The notes: generated by a model from the letters alone, not told the origin. Counted from the stretch's first letter, positions 39,769 through 49,170 are shown. The stretch is DNA of 64,000 nucleotides from Candidatus Amesbacteria bacterium GW2011_GWC2_45_19 (GCA_001001555.1 LCKS01000002.1:7074-71073), one strand, 5' to 3'. Program-made: numbers and translations.

Positions 39769-41447
39769 TTATCGTCAAATACCGGGCGGCCGCAGAATTA
39801 GCTGCTTGTTTACCCAGTCTGAAAAAATATCATGTCATCATCGTCGACAACGACAAAATAAACCGGGGTTATGCCGCCGGCAACAATCTGGGGGCTAAAA
39901 GTGCCAAAGGGGAATACTTGCTCATTCTCAATCCGGACACGGTCGTTTCCCCCGGCGCCATCGAATTATTAGCCACTTTTCTGGACACTCATCCCCAAGC
40001 CGGAATTGTCGCTCCGTTTCTTCTTGACCCAGCCGGCCGGCCCTATCCTTTGCAAGGCACCCGGGAGCTCACGCCCCTCACTGGTCTGGTCGCTCTCTCG
40101 TTTCTGAACCAGATTCCTAATCCCATTTCCCGCCATTACTGGCTGGCCGATTGGGACAAACGCCAGCCGCGCCAAGTAGACGTCGTCCCCGGCACAGCTT
40201 TTCTTATTCGCAAGCAAATTTATGACCAACTCGGCGGATTCGATGAAAACTTCTTCCTCTATTTTGAAGAAGCCGATCTCTGCCGCCGTGTCCGGCATGC
40301 GGGCTGGGAAATTTACATGTATCCGCCGGCCAAAATTATGCATTACTGGGGCGCCAGTACCCCAAAATCTGCCCGTATCCAGGCCATTTTCTCCGCTTCC
40401 CGTTTTTACTACTTTCGCAAGCATTTCGGCCTGCTTTGGGCCATCGTAGTCCATCTCGTTTGTTCTTTTTCTCTCCTCTGGCTGGCGGTTATTTTAGGAG
40501 CCGCCCTGCGTTTCTACCGGTTTCCTGGCCTTATGCCCTTTATCGGCGACCAGGCCTGGTACTATTTGGCCGCCCGCGACGCTCTTCTGGGCGGGAGATT
40601 GCCCTTGTTGGGCATCACCGCCAGCATCACCTGGCTACATCAAGGCCCACTTTGGACTTATCTCCTGGTTCCCTTGATTGCCCACCCCGTCCTCCCAGCC
40701 ATCCTGACCTCAATCATGGGCGTGGTCTCCGTTTATTTAATTTACTTCCTAGGTGGCTGGCCAGCCTCTCTGCTATTAGCCGTTCTGCCATTAGCCGTTC
40801 TCCAATCCCGCATGCCCTACCACACATCTCTCATTCCTCTATTTTCTATTCTCTTTCTCCTATTTTTACGTCGTCATAAAGATTTCCTCGCCGGCCTCTT
40901 CCTCGGCTTCCTCTATCAATTGCACCTGCTCACATTCATCTTCTGGCCAATTATGTTTTGGCGCCGCCGCCTCATCCCCGGTTTTATTCTGGGGATTCTC
41001 CCTTTTTTACTAGTGGGACCAGTCCAAACATTTGGAATTCTCGCCTGGATCGCCAAGCATTCTCTCGCCGGTTTCGGCGGCTCCACCATCTCCACAGCCT
41101 ACCTCGTCGTCCTCCTCGTCCCCGCCATCCTCGTTGTCTCTTGGTTTCTCAATCGCCTTCCAAAGTTTATCGGGATTTTGATAATTGTGATTTATTTGGG
41201 ATTTAGTTATTCGAATTTAGATATTGGTTCATCTTTATCTAGCAGAATCGTTCTATCTAAAGCAATTTTGAGGGAGAGCGGCACTGACGCTCCGGAAATT
41301 GTCATGTCCGGTCCCGGTTCCAAATTTCGCTCCTACTCCATGCCCTACGAATACCTCGTCTGGTGGCTGTCCCGTTCCACCTCTCCAGAGGGCTCTCACA
41401 CAAAATTCCTTATCCATGAGTCCTCTCAAACTTTCGAACAGCTTTGA
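39747..41447 (+). CDS. Fusion of a GT2 domain and a GT-C-like membrane domain
   Basis: NRGYAAGNN, ILNPD, FDENFFLYFEEADLC, followed by LRFYR...GDQAW...HQGPLWTY and many TM segments. Confidence 0.8.
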   Translation: MPSRVSIIIVKYRAAAELAACLPSLKKYHVIIVDNDKINRGYAAGNNLGAKSAKGEYLLILNPDTVVSPGAIELLATFLDTHPQAGIVAPFLLDPAGRPYPLQGTRELTPLTGLVALSFLNQIPNPISRHYWLADWDKRQPRQVDVVPGTAFLIRKQIYDQLGGFDENFFLYFEEADLCRRVRHAGWEIYMYPPAKIMHYWGASTPKSARIQAIFSASRFYYFRKHFGLLWAIVVHLVCSFSLLWLAVILGAALRFYRFPGLMPFIGDQAWYYLAARDALLGGRLPLLGITASITWLHQGPLWTYLLVPLIAHPVLPAILTSIMGVVSVYLIYFLGGWPASLLLAVLPLAVLQSRMPYHTSLIPLFSILFLLFLRRHKDFLAGLFLGFLYQLHLLTFIFWPIMFWRRRLIPGFILGILPFLLVGPVQTFGILAWIAKHSLAGFGGSTISTAYLVVLLVPAILVVSWFLNRLPKFIGILIIVIYLGFSYSNLDIGSSLSSRIVLSKAILRESGTDAPEIVMSGPGSKFRSYSMPYEYLVWWLSRSTSPEGSHTKFLIHESSQTFEQL

Positions 41448-42191
41448 AGGGCCACGCCTTTTTGATATAGTTAGACCATGCCAGCCAAAAATACCAGAAA
41501 ACAATTCATAGAAAACTCTTATTATCATATTTACAACAGAGGAGTCGAAAAACGGCAAATATTCATGGACGATATGGATTATTCAGTATTCATTTCATAC
41601 TTAAAAAGTTACTTGCTGCCCAAAAGCGAAGAGTTTTTGCACGGCATATTTTCAAATGAAAGTTCGACACCCAAGCAAAAGGCCGACGCCCTCAAACTAT
41701 TAAGGCTTAATAATTTCTCTGAGACAATTTCACTCACTGCCTACTGCCTGATGGGTAACCATTTCCATTTTTTGGTTAAACAAACTATGGCAGACGGTAT
41801 TGATAAATTCATGAATTCGTTGATGACTAGGTACACCATGTATTTCAATCGCAGACACAAGCGGGTCGGCCATTTGTTCCAAGGAAATTACAAAGCAGTA
41901 TTGGTCGAGACTGAAGCGCAGTTACTGCACCTCACCCGCTATATCCATCAAAATCCAGCCTCGAAAGGCCACGCCTTTCAAACTCATCCATACTCATCCT
42001 ATCAACAATATGTTTCGTCAGCACGCCTCGAATGGATAAAACCAGATGAAGTTCTCAACTATTTTTCCAAGCAAGGCTTTAATTCATACGCAGCTTTCGT
42101 TGGAGATACTCATATTTACGATTCTTTGATGATCATCTCCGGATTAACTTTAAGTGAATCAGACTAGATCAAAAAGGCGTGGCCTTTCAAA
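41443..42191 (+). mobile_element. REP-associated tyrosine transposase (RAYT/IS200-like) module with 29-bp terminal inverted repeats
   Basis: 41443-41471 and the reverse complement of 42163-42191 are 27/29 identical and enclose the transposase gene. Confidence 0.85.
41478..42167 (+). CDS. Y1 HUH transposase (RAYT-type)
   Basis: YYHIYNRG, AYCLMGNHFH (HUH), GHLFQGNYKA, RYIHQNP (catalytic Tyr), YSSY. Confidence 0.92.
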   Translation: MPAKNTRKQFIENSYYHIYNRGVEKRQIFMDDMDYSVFISYLKSYLLPKSEEFLHGIFSNESSTPKQKADALKLLRLNNFSETISLTAYCLMGNHFHFLVKQTMADGIDKFMNSLMTRYTMYFNRRHKRVGHLFQGNYKAVLVETEAQLLHLTRYIHQNPASKGHAFQTHPYSSYQQYVSSARLEWIKPDEVLNYFSKQGFNSYAAFVGDTHIYDSLMIISGLTLSESD

Positions 42192-42225
42192 CCTTTCAAA
42201 CTTTCAGAAGTGTTAAAATGATTGT

Positions 42226-42978
42226 ATGTTAACTGGGATTGTGCTCACTCATAACGAAGAGAAGAATATTGCCCGGTGTTTGGAATCCTTAAAATTTTGC
42301 GACGCGGTTTTAGTGGTTGACAGCGGTTCAACAGATAAAACCATGTCTTTGGCCAAAAAAGCCGGAGCCACAGTTGTTAACCATCCTCTGGATGGCAACT
42401 ATGCTGCCCAGCGCAATTGGGCTCTCTCCCAAGCCAAAACTCCCTGGGTGTTATTTGTGGACGCCGACGAAATGGTTTCCGTCAAATTGGGCGAAGAGAT
42501 CACATCCGCCGTCAAAAAAATCGAATACAAAGGGTTTTTAATCCCCCGGATAGATTACATGTGGGGCAAGAAGCTGTCCCACGGAGACGTGGGCGGAGCT
42601 AGATTCTTGCGTCTAGCCCGCCGCGGAGCCGGCGAGTGGCACGGCGCGGTTCATGAAACCTGGGCCATCGAGGGCAACATAGGGACACTCAAGCACCCCA
42701 TCTTTCACTATCCTCACCCTACTCTAGTTGAGTTCTTGCAAGAGATTAACCGCTACTCTTCCATCCGGGCCCAAGAACTCCACCGCGCTGGCCAGCGGGC
42801 CAATTTATTCCAAATCATTCTTTACCCATCGGCCAAATTTTTGTGGCTTTGGATTTGGAAATTGGGATTTGCGGATGGTACCACCGGTTTTGTCCACGCC
42901 ATGACCATGGCCTTCTACAGTTTCCTGGTTAGGGGTAAACTATGGTTATTTCAAAAAGGAGTAACGTCCCCCTCTTAA
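42226..42978 (+). CDS. Glycosyltransferase family 2 (beta-1,4-glucosyltransferase-like)
   Basis: LTHNEEKNI, VDSGSTD, AQRNWA, FVDADE, VHE. Confidence 0.92.
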   Translation: MLTGIVLTHNEEKNIARCLESLKFCDAVLVVDSGSTDKTMSLAKKAGATVVNHPLDGNYAAQRNWALSQAKTPWVLFVDADEMVSVKLGEEITSAVKKIEYKGFLIPRIDYMWGKKLSHGDVGGARFLRLARRGAGEWHGAVHETWAIEGNIGTLKHPIFHYPHPTLVEFLQEINRYSSIRAQELHRAGQRANLFQIILYPSAKFLWLWIWKLGFADGTTGFVHAMTMAFYSFLVRGKLWLFQKGVTSPS

Positions 42979-43005
42979 GGTAAGAGGGGGATCAGAGGGG
43001 GTGTT
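42967..43005. repeat. Palindromic element overlapping the GT2 stop codon
   Basis: TCCCCCTCTTA-AGG-TAAGAGGGGGA followed by GAGGGGGTGTT; architecture resembles the 6854 element. Confidence 0.7.
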
Positions 43006-44148
43006 ATGAGCGGTTGGATTGCAATTTTGCTGGCTTTGGGTTTTGCTTTCGGCAACCTGTATAAATTTTCATTCTTTTCAGCCGAGGTGCGTATTTCAGC
43101 CCTGGATATCGTGGTTTTTACTCTCACTCTTCTGGCATTACCTGTAAATCTCAAAAAATACCGGTATTTGGTCATCCCCATCACCGTTTTTTTCACAGTC
43201 GGTTTAGTAAGTCTGATTTTTGCCCTTCCCGCCTACGGTTGGCAGGCAATTTTCGTCGGATCCATGTATTTAACCCGTTGGACTGTCTACAGCCTATTTT
43301 TTGCTTCAATAATTCAATTAATTAAATCGTCCAAGATCGTTCACTTATTGTACTCGTTAGGCATAATCACGGCTATTTTGGGATTGGCCCAATATTTGGT
43401 TTTCCCGGATGTCCGGGCTCTAGCTGTAGCCGAATGGGACCCCCATTATTTCCGGGTGGTCGGTACCTTCCTCGATCCCGGTTTCACAGGTTTAATTTTG
43501 GTTTTCACTCTCATTTTTTTAACACTGAATCCGCTCAAAAATCGCTTAATTAACTTAATTTCTTGGTCTGCTTCATATCTTGCGTTTGCCCTGACCTACT
43601 CCCGCAGCAGCTACGCCGCTTTCCTGGTTTCCATGACCTATATCGCTTGGCGCCGCAAGTCGCTTAAATTTTTTTTATTTATAATTATTCTGTTCCTCAC
43701 CACTGTCTACGCACTACCCCGTTCACCGGGTGGGGAGGGCGTAGATTTAGAGCGCACCAGCTCCATCCAGGCTAGAATTGACAGCTGGACCACCGCCTGG
43801 AGGATTTTTACCCGGCATCCCGTTTTGGGAGTGGGTTTCAACACCTACCGCTATGCCCAGGGAGCCAGCCTCACATCCCACGCCGGAGCCGGCGCCGACT
43901 CCTCGCTACTCTTTGTAGCCGCCACCACCGGCCTGGCGGGCCTGCTGGCCTATCTCTGGTATATTAAACGGCTTTTTTCCTTAATTCCTAACTCCTATCT
44001 CCTGGCTCTTCTGGTCCACTCTATATTTTTAAACTCCCTCTTTTATCCCGCCGTTATGGTCTGGATAGCTCTACTTCTTTCCGTGTCTGATTCCCCGCCC
44101 GGTCAACCGTCACCAGCACCAGCACTTTCTCGTCGGGATTCAAATTGA
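43006..44148 (+). CDS. O-antigen ligase family membrane protein
   Basis: RVVGTFLDP, LTYSRSS, RIDSW, HPVLGVGFNTY, ADSSLL..ATTG. Confidence 0.85.
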   Translation: MSGWIAILLALGFAFGNLYKFSFFSAEVRISALDIVVFTLTLLALPVNLKKYRYLVIPITVFFTVGLVSLIFALPAYGWQAIFVGSMYLTRWTVYSLFFASIIQLIKSSKIVHLLYSLGIITAILGLAQYLVFPDVRALAVAEWDPHYFRVVGTFLDPGFTGLILVFTLIFLTLNPLKNRLINLISWSASYLAFALTYSRSSYAAFLVSMTYIAWRRKSLKFFLFIIILFLTTVYALPRSPGGEGVDLERTSSIQARIDSWTTAWRIFTRHPVLGVGFNTYRYAQGASLTSHAGAGADSSLLFVAATTGLAGLLAYLWYIKRLFSLIPNSYLLALLVHSIFLNSLFYPAVMVWIALLLSVSDSPPGQPSPAPALSRRDSN

Positions 44149-44737
44149 TAGTCGTGGCAAATTTTCCCCCTTGCCCGATAATAATCAGCCGATCGTTGGC
44201 CGTCAATCTCACCCCGCTGGTCGTCCCCTTTATCTCCACTTTATTATCAGCCACCATCGACGTCTCCACCGTCAATTCCGGAGGTTTGTTGGAGTAATAC
44301 ACGTCTACCTCGGTCGAAGCATTGCCCTTGTTTCCCACCTGGTCTATAGCCACTGCGATGAGCGTGTTGTCCCCGTCTTTCAGGTTGATATTTCCCAGAG
44401 TAAATATTCCGTCGTCCTTAGCCACCACATTTCCCACACTTTCCCCATTTAAAGTCAGGTACACCGTTGACCCCGCCTCGGAACTACCGGAAATTGTCTG
44501 TCTGGCGCTGTTAGTAGCATCATAAGGTAAAGAAAAACTGGGCGGGGGCGGGGGAATCAGATCGGTTTTATCTACCGGCATTTTAGAGGACTTCAAATCT
44601 CCCAAAAACACCGCCATTTTTACCAGGACCGGAATTCCCCCAAAAACCGCCAACGCCAATAAAACTATCGTTCCCAAAACCAGCAGCACCGCCTTTCTCG
44701 AGTTCCGCCTGTCCTCCAATCGGCTCAACCTGCTCAT
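44054..44737 (-). CDS. Membrane-anchored protein with Ig-like domains
   Basis: N-terminal TM, poly-P, ISGSSEAGSTV...LKDGDNTLIAVAIDQVGN, DRAGN. Confidence 0.75.
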   Translation of the reverse strand: MSRLSRLEDRRNSRKAVLLVLGTIVLLALAVFGGIPVLVKMAVFLGDLKSSKMPVDKTDLIPPPPPSFSLPYDATNSARQTISGSSEAGSTVYLTLNGESVGNVVAKDDGIFTLGNINLKDGDNTLIAVAIDQVGNKGNASTEVDVYYSNKPPELTVETSMVADNKVEIKGTTSGVRLTANDRLIIIGQGGKFATTINLNPDEKVLVLVTVDRAGNQTRKEVELSRP

Positions 44738-44756
44738 GCTAAAATTATACCACCGT

Positions 44757-44827
44757 GCCTCCTTAGCTTAGTGGTAAAGCGGCGGTATCGTAAACCGCGG
44801 ACGCTAGTCCGATTCTAGCAGGAGGCT
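44757..44827 (+). tRNA. tRNA-Thr(CGT)
   Basis: GCCTCCT/AGGAGGC acceptor, GCGGT-ATCGTAA-ACCGC anticodon arm, GCTAG-TCCGATT-CTAGC T arm. CCA not encoded. Confidence 0.85.
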
Positions 44828-44871
44828 CTGCGCCTCGTCCTCGCAGAGCGAGAGACGGGCGGCACAAACTT

Positions 44872-45021
44872 ATGTATACCGTCTACGTTTTAAAAAGTCT
44901 GAAAGATGGAAGGAAAATATTAGAAGAACCAAACAATTCTATATCAGTCGATGATTATATAGCCGCCAGATGGGGAGAAAAAAAGCATGTAGGTCAGTCT
45001 ACCCCCACTGGGTTGAAGTAG
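44872..45021 (+). pseudogene. Truncated GIY-YIG nuclease remnant
   Basis: MYTVYVLKSLKDGR is a typical small GIY-YIG N-terminus, but the YIG motif is replaced by unrelated sequence. Confidence 0.55.
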
Positions 45022-45094
45022 ACACACCAAACAAAATTATCATTGTCACCCGCATCAAGCACTGTAAAGACGTGTACAGATAGCACAGATAGCA

Positions 45095-45121
45095 GCTTTG
45101 AAAGGCCACGCCTTTCAAAGC
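45095..45121. repeat. REP copy matching the RAYT terminal repeats
   Basis: GCTTTGAAAGGC-CAC-GCCTTTCAAAGC perfect hairpin; contains the stop codon of the DUF2130 gene. Confidence 0.9.
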
Positions 45122-46248
45122 CCCTCCACCTCCGGAAGCTCCAGGGGTTTGATCTCTTGAAGTTCTCTCCCTGTTACGGCCTGCAATTCACCATACATCC
45201 CGTGAGTGTTGTCGATAATCTTGCGCAATTCCTTTTCCTGCCTCGCCCATTTCAGATTAAACCAGCGTTTTTCTTTCTCTATATCTCCCTGCAAATTATT
45301 AAAAGCCTCGACAATGGCTTCAATCCTGTGAGTAAACTCCACACTCCTTAGATATTGGTACAGCACCTCCATTTTTTCATTTTTTCCCACATTAGCCAAT
45401 TTTTCAAAATGGATATGGATTAAATCAAACCGCAGAGCCATCGCCAACCCCCTGGCGGATTTTAAGGTTGTTACCCAAACATTTTCTCTGTAAACAAACG
45501 TCTCGATGTCTTCGGGAGGATTAGCTACCACCAAAACTGCCAGTTGCGCCCCGGCTGCTCTTTGATCTTCCCTTAATTTCTTCAGCCACCCGTCGCTCCA
45601 TTGCGCGTTTTTAGACTCCCATAAGATCATTCCGCATTCACGGCCCAGCTTATCAACCACCGTTTGGGAAATATCTGCGCCCCGTTCTCCTTTCTTAATT
45701 TCGGCTATCCTGTCTTCGGGAAACTCTCTCCTCAAGGTTTGTTCCAGCCCCAATTCCATCACTTCTCCTTGGCCTTGTTGGGATCCCTGCTCTAATTTGC
45801 GCTTCAGCTCATCGTTCATTTTTAATGCATCTTGCAGTTTCTTGTCTTTTTCAGCGTCTTTTAATTGATGCTCTTCATCGGCTTTTTTCCTGGCCTCTTG
45901 CCGTATTTTATCTTCCTCTTCGGCTAGTTTTTTCTGCATTTCCAGCTTCGCGTCATCTTTTTCCTGCCTGGCTTTGCGCAGTTCTTTCGTTAAATCTCCC
46001 AATTGCTCCTGCAGCTTTTTATTTCTTTCCTTCTCATCCACCTCCGCCTCCTGCAACCGTTTGATAGCCGACTCAAAATCAGCCTTGACCTTTGCGGCGG
46101 TCGTTTCTTCGGCTTGCCGGCGGGCGGCTTCTAAATCCTTTTGGTGTTTAACTCTTTCAGTTTGCAGAACCTGTTCGGAAATTTGATGTTCCAAAGCCTC
46201 GGAAATTTCAATCTCCTGCCCGCAATTTTTACATTTAATAGTGCTCAT
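45115..46248 (-). CDS. DUF2130 family coiled-coil protein
   Basis: IKCKNCGQEI, long coiled coil, GSQQGQGEVMEL, FPEDRIAEIKKGERGAD, ILWESKN, KLREDQR. Confidence 0.88.
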   Translation of the reverse strand: MSTIKCKNCGQEIEISEALEHQISEQVLQTERVKHQKDLEAARRQAEETTAAKVKADFESAIKRLQEAEVDEKERNKKLQEQLGDLTKELRKARQEKDDAKLEMQKKLAEEEDKIRQEARKKADEEHQLKDAEKDKKLQDALKMNDELKRKLEQGSQQGQGEVMELGLEQTLRREFPEDRIAEIKKGERGADISQTVVDKLGRECGMILWESKNAQWSDGWLKKLREDQRAAGAQLAVLVVANPPEDIETFVYRENVWVTTLKSARGLAMALRFDLIHIHFEKLANVGKNEKMEVLYQYLRSVEFTHRIEAIVEAFNNLQGDIEKEKRWFNLKWARQEKELRKIIDNTHGMYGELQAVTGRELQEIKPLELPEVEGL

Positions 46249-46249
46249 A

Positions 46250-46903
46250 TCAAGGCACTTCCACTACTCCCTCCAGCCCCACGGGCAGATCTTTTAGCTC
46301 ATCAGCCGTTAAATCCACTACCCAGTCTCCACCGGCCAGCATTTTCGGCAAGCTCGCCTGGCCAAAGATCTTTTTGCCCAATTTTGGTAAATCAACCGGC
46401 AACTTCACCGGGTTGGCAAATCTCCGGCATTCATGAGGCTCAATTTTGATCCGGAAAATCACAGACACCGTGTCCAAAATTATCACCGAGTTAGCCGCCG
46501 GAGCAACATTCAGTCCCACCGCGCACCCGCCCATATCCAAAATCACTCCCGCCACCGGCGAAGTCAAATCGGCCTGATCCAGGCGGTATTTGGCCTGCTC
46601 CACTTCTTTAACCGAGGCGTCTAAGCTCGCCTGTTGGCTGGATTTATTGTACCGGGTAATGTCATCCCCGGGATTTTTAAAGCGGATGTTAAATATCTCA
46701 AAATCCGCCCGCACCTGCTGGTTTTGGGCCAATTGCCGGTCCAAATCCGCCTGCAGTATCTGCCGGTCCAGCGAGGCGATAATCTCGCCCTTGCTCACGC
46801 TGTCGCCCGCGTTTTTGCGCAAACTCACCAGTTTTCCGGAGAAGGCAAATCTGGTTTCCACGTTCCGCCCCCACACCTGTCCGGAAAATTTATTACTGGC
46901 CAT
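46250..46903 (-). CDS. HlyD/membrane-fusion-protein-like (biotinyl-lipoyl plus helical hairpin)
   Basis: SGKLVSL..GDSVSKGEIIASLD ... LTSPVAGVI. Confidence 0.7.
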   Translation of the reverse strand: MASNKFSGQVWGRNVETRFAFSGKLVSLRKNAGDSVSKGEIIASLDRQILQADLDRQLAQNQQVRADFEIFNIRFKNPGDDITRYNKSSQQASLDASVKEVEQAKYRLDQADLTSPVAGVILDMGGCAVGLNVAPAANSVIILDTVSVIFRIKIEPHECRRFANPVKLPVDLPKLGKKIFGQASLPKMLAGGDWVVDLTADELKDLPVGLEGVVEVP

Positions 46904-46915
46904 AAAATTACTATA

Positions 46916-47554
46916 TCATGGTTTACAATCTGATCCTTTGACAAATCCGGCTGCCCGCGCTTCTTTTTCGTTGCAAAACCACCCATCGCCTAAATATAAC
47001 TGCACGACGGTATTACCGTATTGTCCGCAACCAGGGTAGCGGTAAAACTTGGTCTCTTTTCCCTGCTGACCAATATTACCTTTGATATTGCACTTGGGTT
47101 GAATAGGATTTACATCTTGGGTACAGCCGGCGCCAAATATTCCTAAGGTACCGGCTCGGGCTTTCTCTCCTGCCTTCAGTAATTCATCTGCGTTAGAATC
47201 CGTGCCTCTGGCAAAATACGCCCAACCCTGCTCCAACATCTTTTTATTGACATAAATATTTCCCGCATATACTTGGCTGACCAGGCGTTTAAATTTATCA
47301 TTAAACACCACTTTTATTTGCAGCCGCTTCCCCAAAATCAACTTCTCCAGAGCTTGTTTGGCTTCGGTGCCGCCGCAATATTTCAACTCCGGGGCATCTA
47401 CACCGGCCAGGCGGACAACCTGTTTTTCCTTGGTTTCAAAAGTGTCCCCGTCTATCACTCGGGCAACCTGATATGTGGTTTTCAAATACACCGCTGCGGC
47501 TAAAACCACCGTCCCTACCACCCCCGCCATTATCTTCCCTTTCATTTTTCCCAC
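46916..47554 (-). CDS. Thermonuclease (SNase) family protein with Cys-containing C-terminal domain
   Basis: RVIDGDTF, VRLAGVDAPE, DKFKRL, GWA; C-terminal CNIKGNI...WFCNEKEARAAGF. Confidence 0.9.
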   Translation of the reverse strand: MGKMKGKIMAGVVGTVVLAAAVYLKTTYQVARVIDGDTFETKEKQVVRLAGVDAPELKYCGGTEAKQALEKLILGKRLQIKVVFNDKFKRLVSQVYAGNIYVNKKMLEQGWAYFARGTDSNADELLKAGEKARAGTLGIFGAGCTQDVNPIQPKCNIKGNIGQQGKETKFYRYPGCGQYGNTVVQLYLGDGWFCNEKEARAAGFVKGSDCKP

Positions 47555-47610
47555 CCTTCTAGTCTAGCACACAACCGATGTATACTATCAAACAGGGAAA
47601 TGCAAACTTT

Positions 47611-48276
47611 ATGAATAAAGAAGTTACCAAGATAACTAAAATCGCGATCTTCCAAAACAGGAAAATCCGTAAAACCATTTATCAGAATGAATGGTGGTTT
47701 GTGATCGAGGATGTAGTTTTAGCACTAATTGATTCAAATGACTCAAAGCAATATATTCAGCGCATGAGACTTCGTGACCCTGAGCTTTCCAAAGGGTGGG
47801 TACAAATCGTACATACCCTTTTAATGGAAACCAGTGGTGGTAAGCAGAAAATGAATTGTGCTGATACTGAGGGTGTTTTTAGGATTATCCAATCAATCCC
47901 TTCTCCTAAAGCAGAACCTTTTAAAAGATGGTTGGCCAGAGTTGGATATGAAAGGGTACAGGAGATAGAAGATCCGGAGCTTGCCCAAAAAAGGGTCACA
48001 TCTGAATATAAGAAAATAAAAGGACTCAAGCGTCAAAACCTGCGTGACCATATGAATGATTTGGAGCTGCTATTTTCTCAGCTTGGTGAAGCAGCAACCA
48101 CAGAGATTACCAAAACAGATCATCCTCAAGGGTTTAAGAAAAATAAGCAAGTCTCAAAACGTGGAGGTAAAATTGCCGGAGACGCCAGATCCAATCTTGA
48201 ACGCGAAACTGGAAGAAAAGTAATTACCTCGCAAAATTATTTACTTAAGAGACAGAATAAGAAACTTTTAAAATGA
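47611..48276 (+). CDS. Bro-N domain (phage antirepressor-like) protein
   Basis: FQNRKIRK...EWWFVIEDVV, FRIIQSIPSPKAEPFKRWLARVGYERVQEIEDPEL, NLRDHMNDLEL. Confidence 0.88.
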   Translation: MNKEVTKITKIAIFQNRKIRKTIYQNEWWFVIEDVVLALIDSNDSKQYIQRMRLRDPELSKGWVQIVHTLLMETSGGKQKMNCADTEGVFRIIQSIPSPKAEPFKRWLARVGYERVQEIEDPELAQKRVTSEYKKIKGLKRQNLRDHMNDLELLFSQLGEAATTEITKTDHPQGFKKNKQVSKRGGKIAGDARSNLERETGRKVITSQNYLLKRQNKKLLK

Positions 48277-48977
48277 ACAAATTTTATTTAGAAATTTTAG
48301 AAGCAATTAAACAAAAGGCTAAAAAAACAAAGCAAACCTCGGAGACATCCGGATATTTGGGACATAGGCATTTCCATTATGGATTAAGTGTTCCCCAGAG
48401 AAGGGTAATAGCTAACGCATGGATTAAAAATAATAATGCTATTTCTCTAACAAAATTTATAACTCTGTTAGACCTTCTTTATCGAGGAGACTCTTACGAA
48501 GAAAAATCTATGGCCGGATTGCTTCTGGGATATTTACCAAAACTTAGAAGACAATTGAATCCTAAATTATTGGATAACTGGCTTAGTTACTTGGAAGGTT
48601 GGGCTGAAATAGATTCTACTTGTCAGTCCAATTTCACGGCAGATGAAATCCTACTTAAGTGGAATGATTGGGAAAAATTAATTAAGAGTTTTGCTGACAA
48701 TAAAAGCGTTAGTAAGAGAAGAGCGAGCTTAGTATTATTAACAGGAGTTGTTAATAACTCGAATGATAAAAGACTTATCGGTTTGGCTTTTGAAGTTATA
48801 GATAAACTAAAATCTGAGAGAGATATTTTAATTACAAAAGCCGTCTCTTGGCTTCTAAGAAATTTAATCAGACACAATAAAATCAGAGTTGAAAAGTATC
48901 TCGACGAAAATTTAGACTACTTACCCATTATAGCAATAAGAGAAACTAAAAATAAACTTAGAACTGGCAAAAAATAG
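48273..48977 (+). CDS. DNA alkylation repair enzyme (AlkD-like HEAT repeat)
   Basis: YGLSVPQRR, WAEIDS, ITKAVSWLLR. Confidence 0.82.
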   Translation: MNKFYLEILEAIKQKAKKTKQTSETSGYLGHRHFHYGLSVPQRRVIANAWIKNNNAISLTKFITLLDLLYRGDSYEEKSMAGLLLGYLPKLRRQLNPKLLDNWLSYLEGWAEIDSTCQSNFTADEILLKWNDWEKLIKSFADNKSVSKRRASLVLLTGVVNNSNDKRLIGLAFEVIDKLKSERDILITKAVSWLLRNLIRHNKIRVEKYLDENLDYLPIIAIRETKNKLRTGKK

Positions 48978-49170
48978 ATAAAAGATTCAATAATTCTATT
49001 ATTCTACTGGCGGGGTACTTTTAACGCTAAAATAATAAGATGATACAGTTTTATAGCACAGTTAAAAGTTAGTTCGACCCCCGTCAGGGTATAAGGTTAT
49101 GGGATTAAATTTTGGCAAACTTTAGAAACTTTCCGAAGCTAAAATCCACGAGTTCGATAAAATTTCTATG

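Noticed and set aside
44054-44148. 95-bp convergent overlap between the O-antigen ligase and Ig-like genes; also the 122-bp GT4/manC overlap at 9000-9121
   Set aside because: The overlapping tails are low-information extensions, most simply explained by stop-codon loss in a compact genome.
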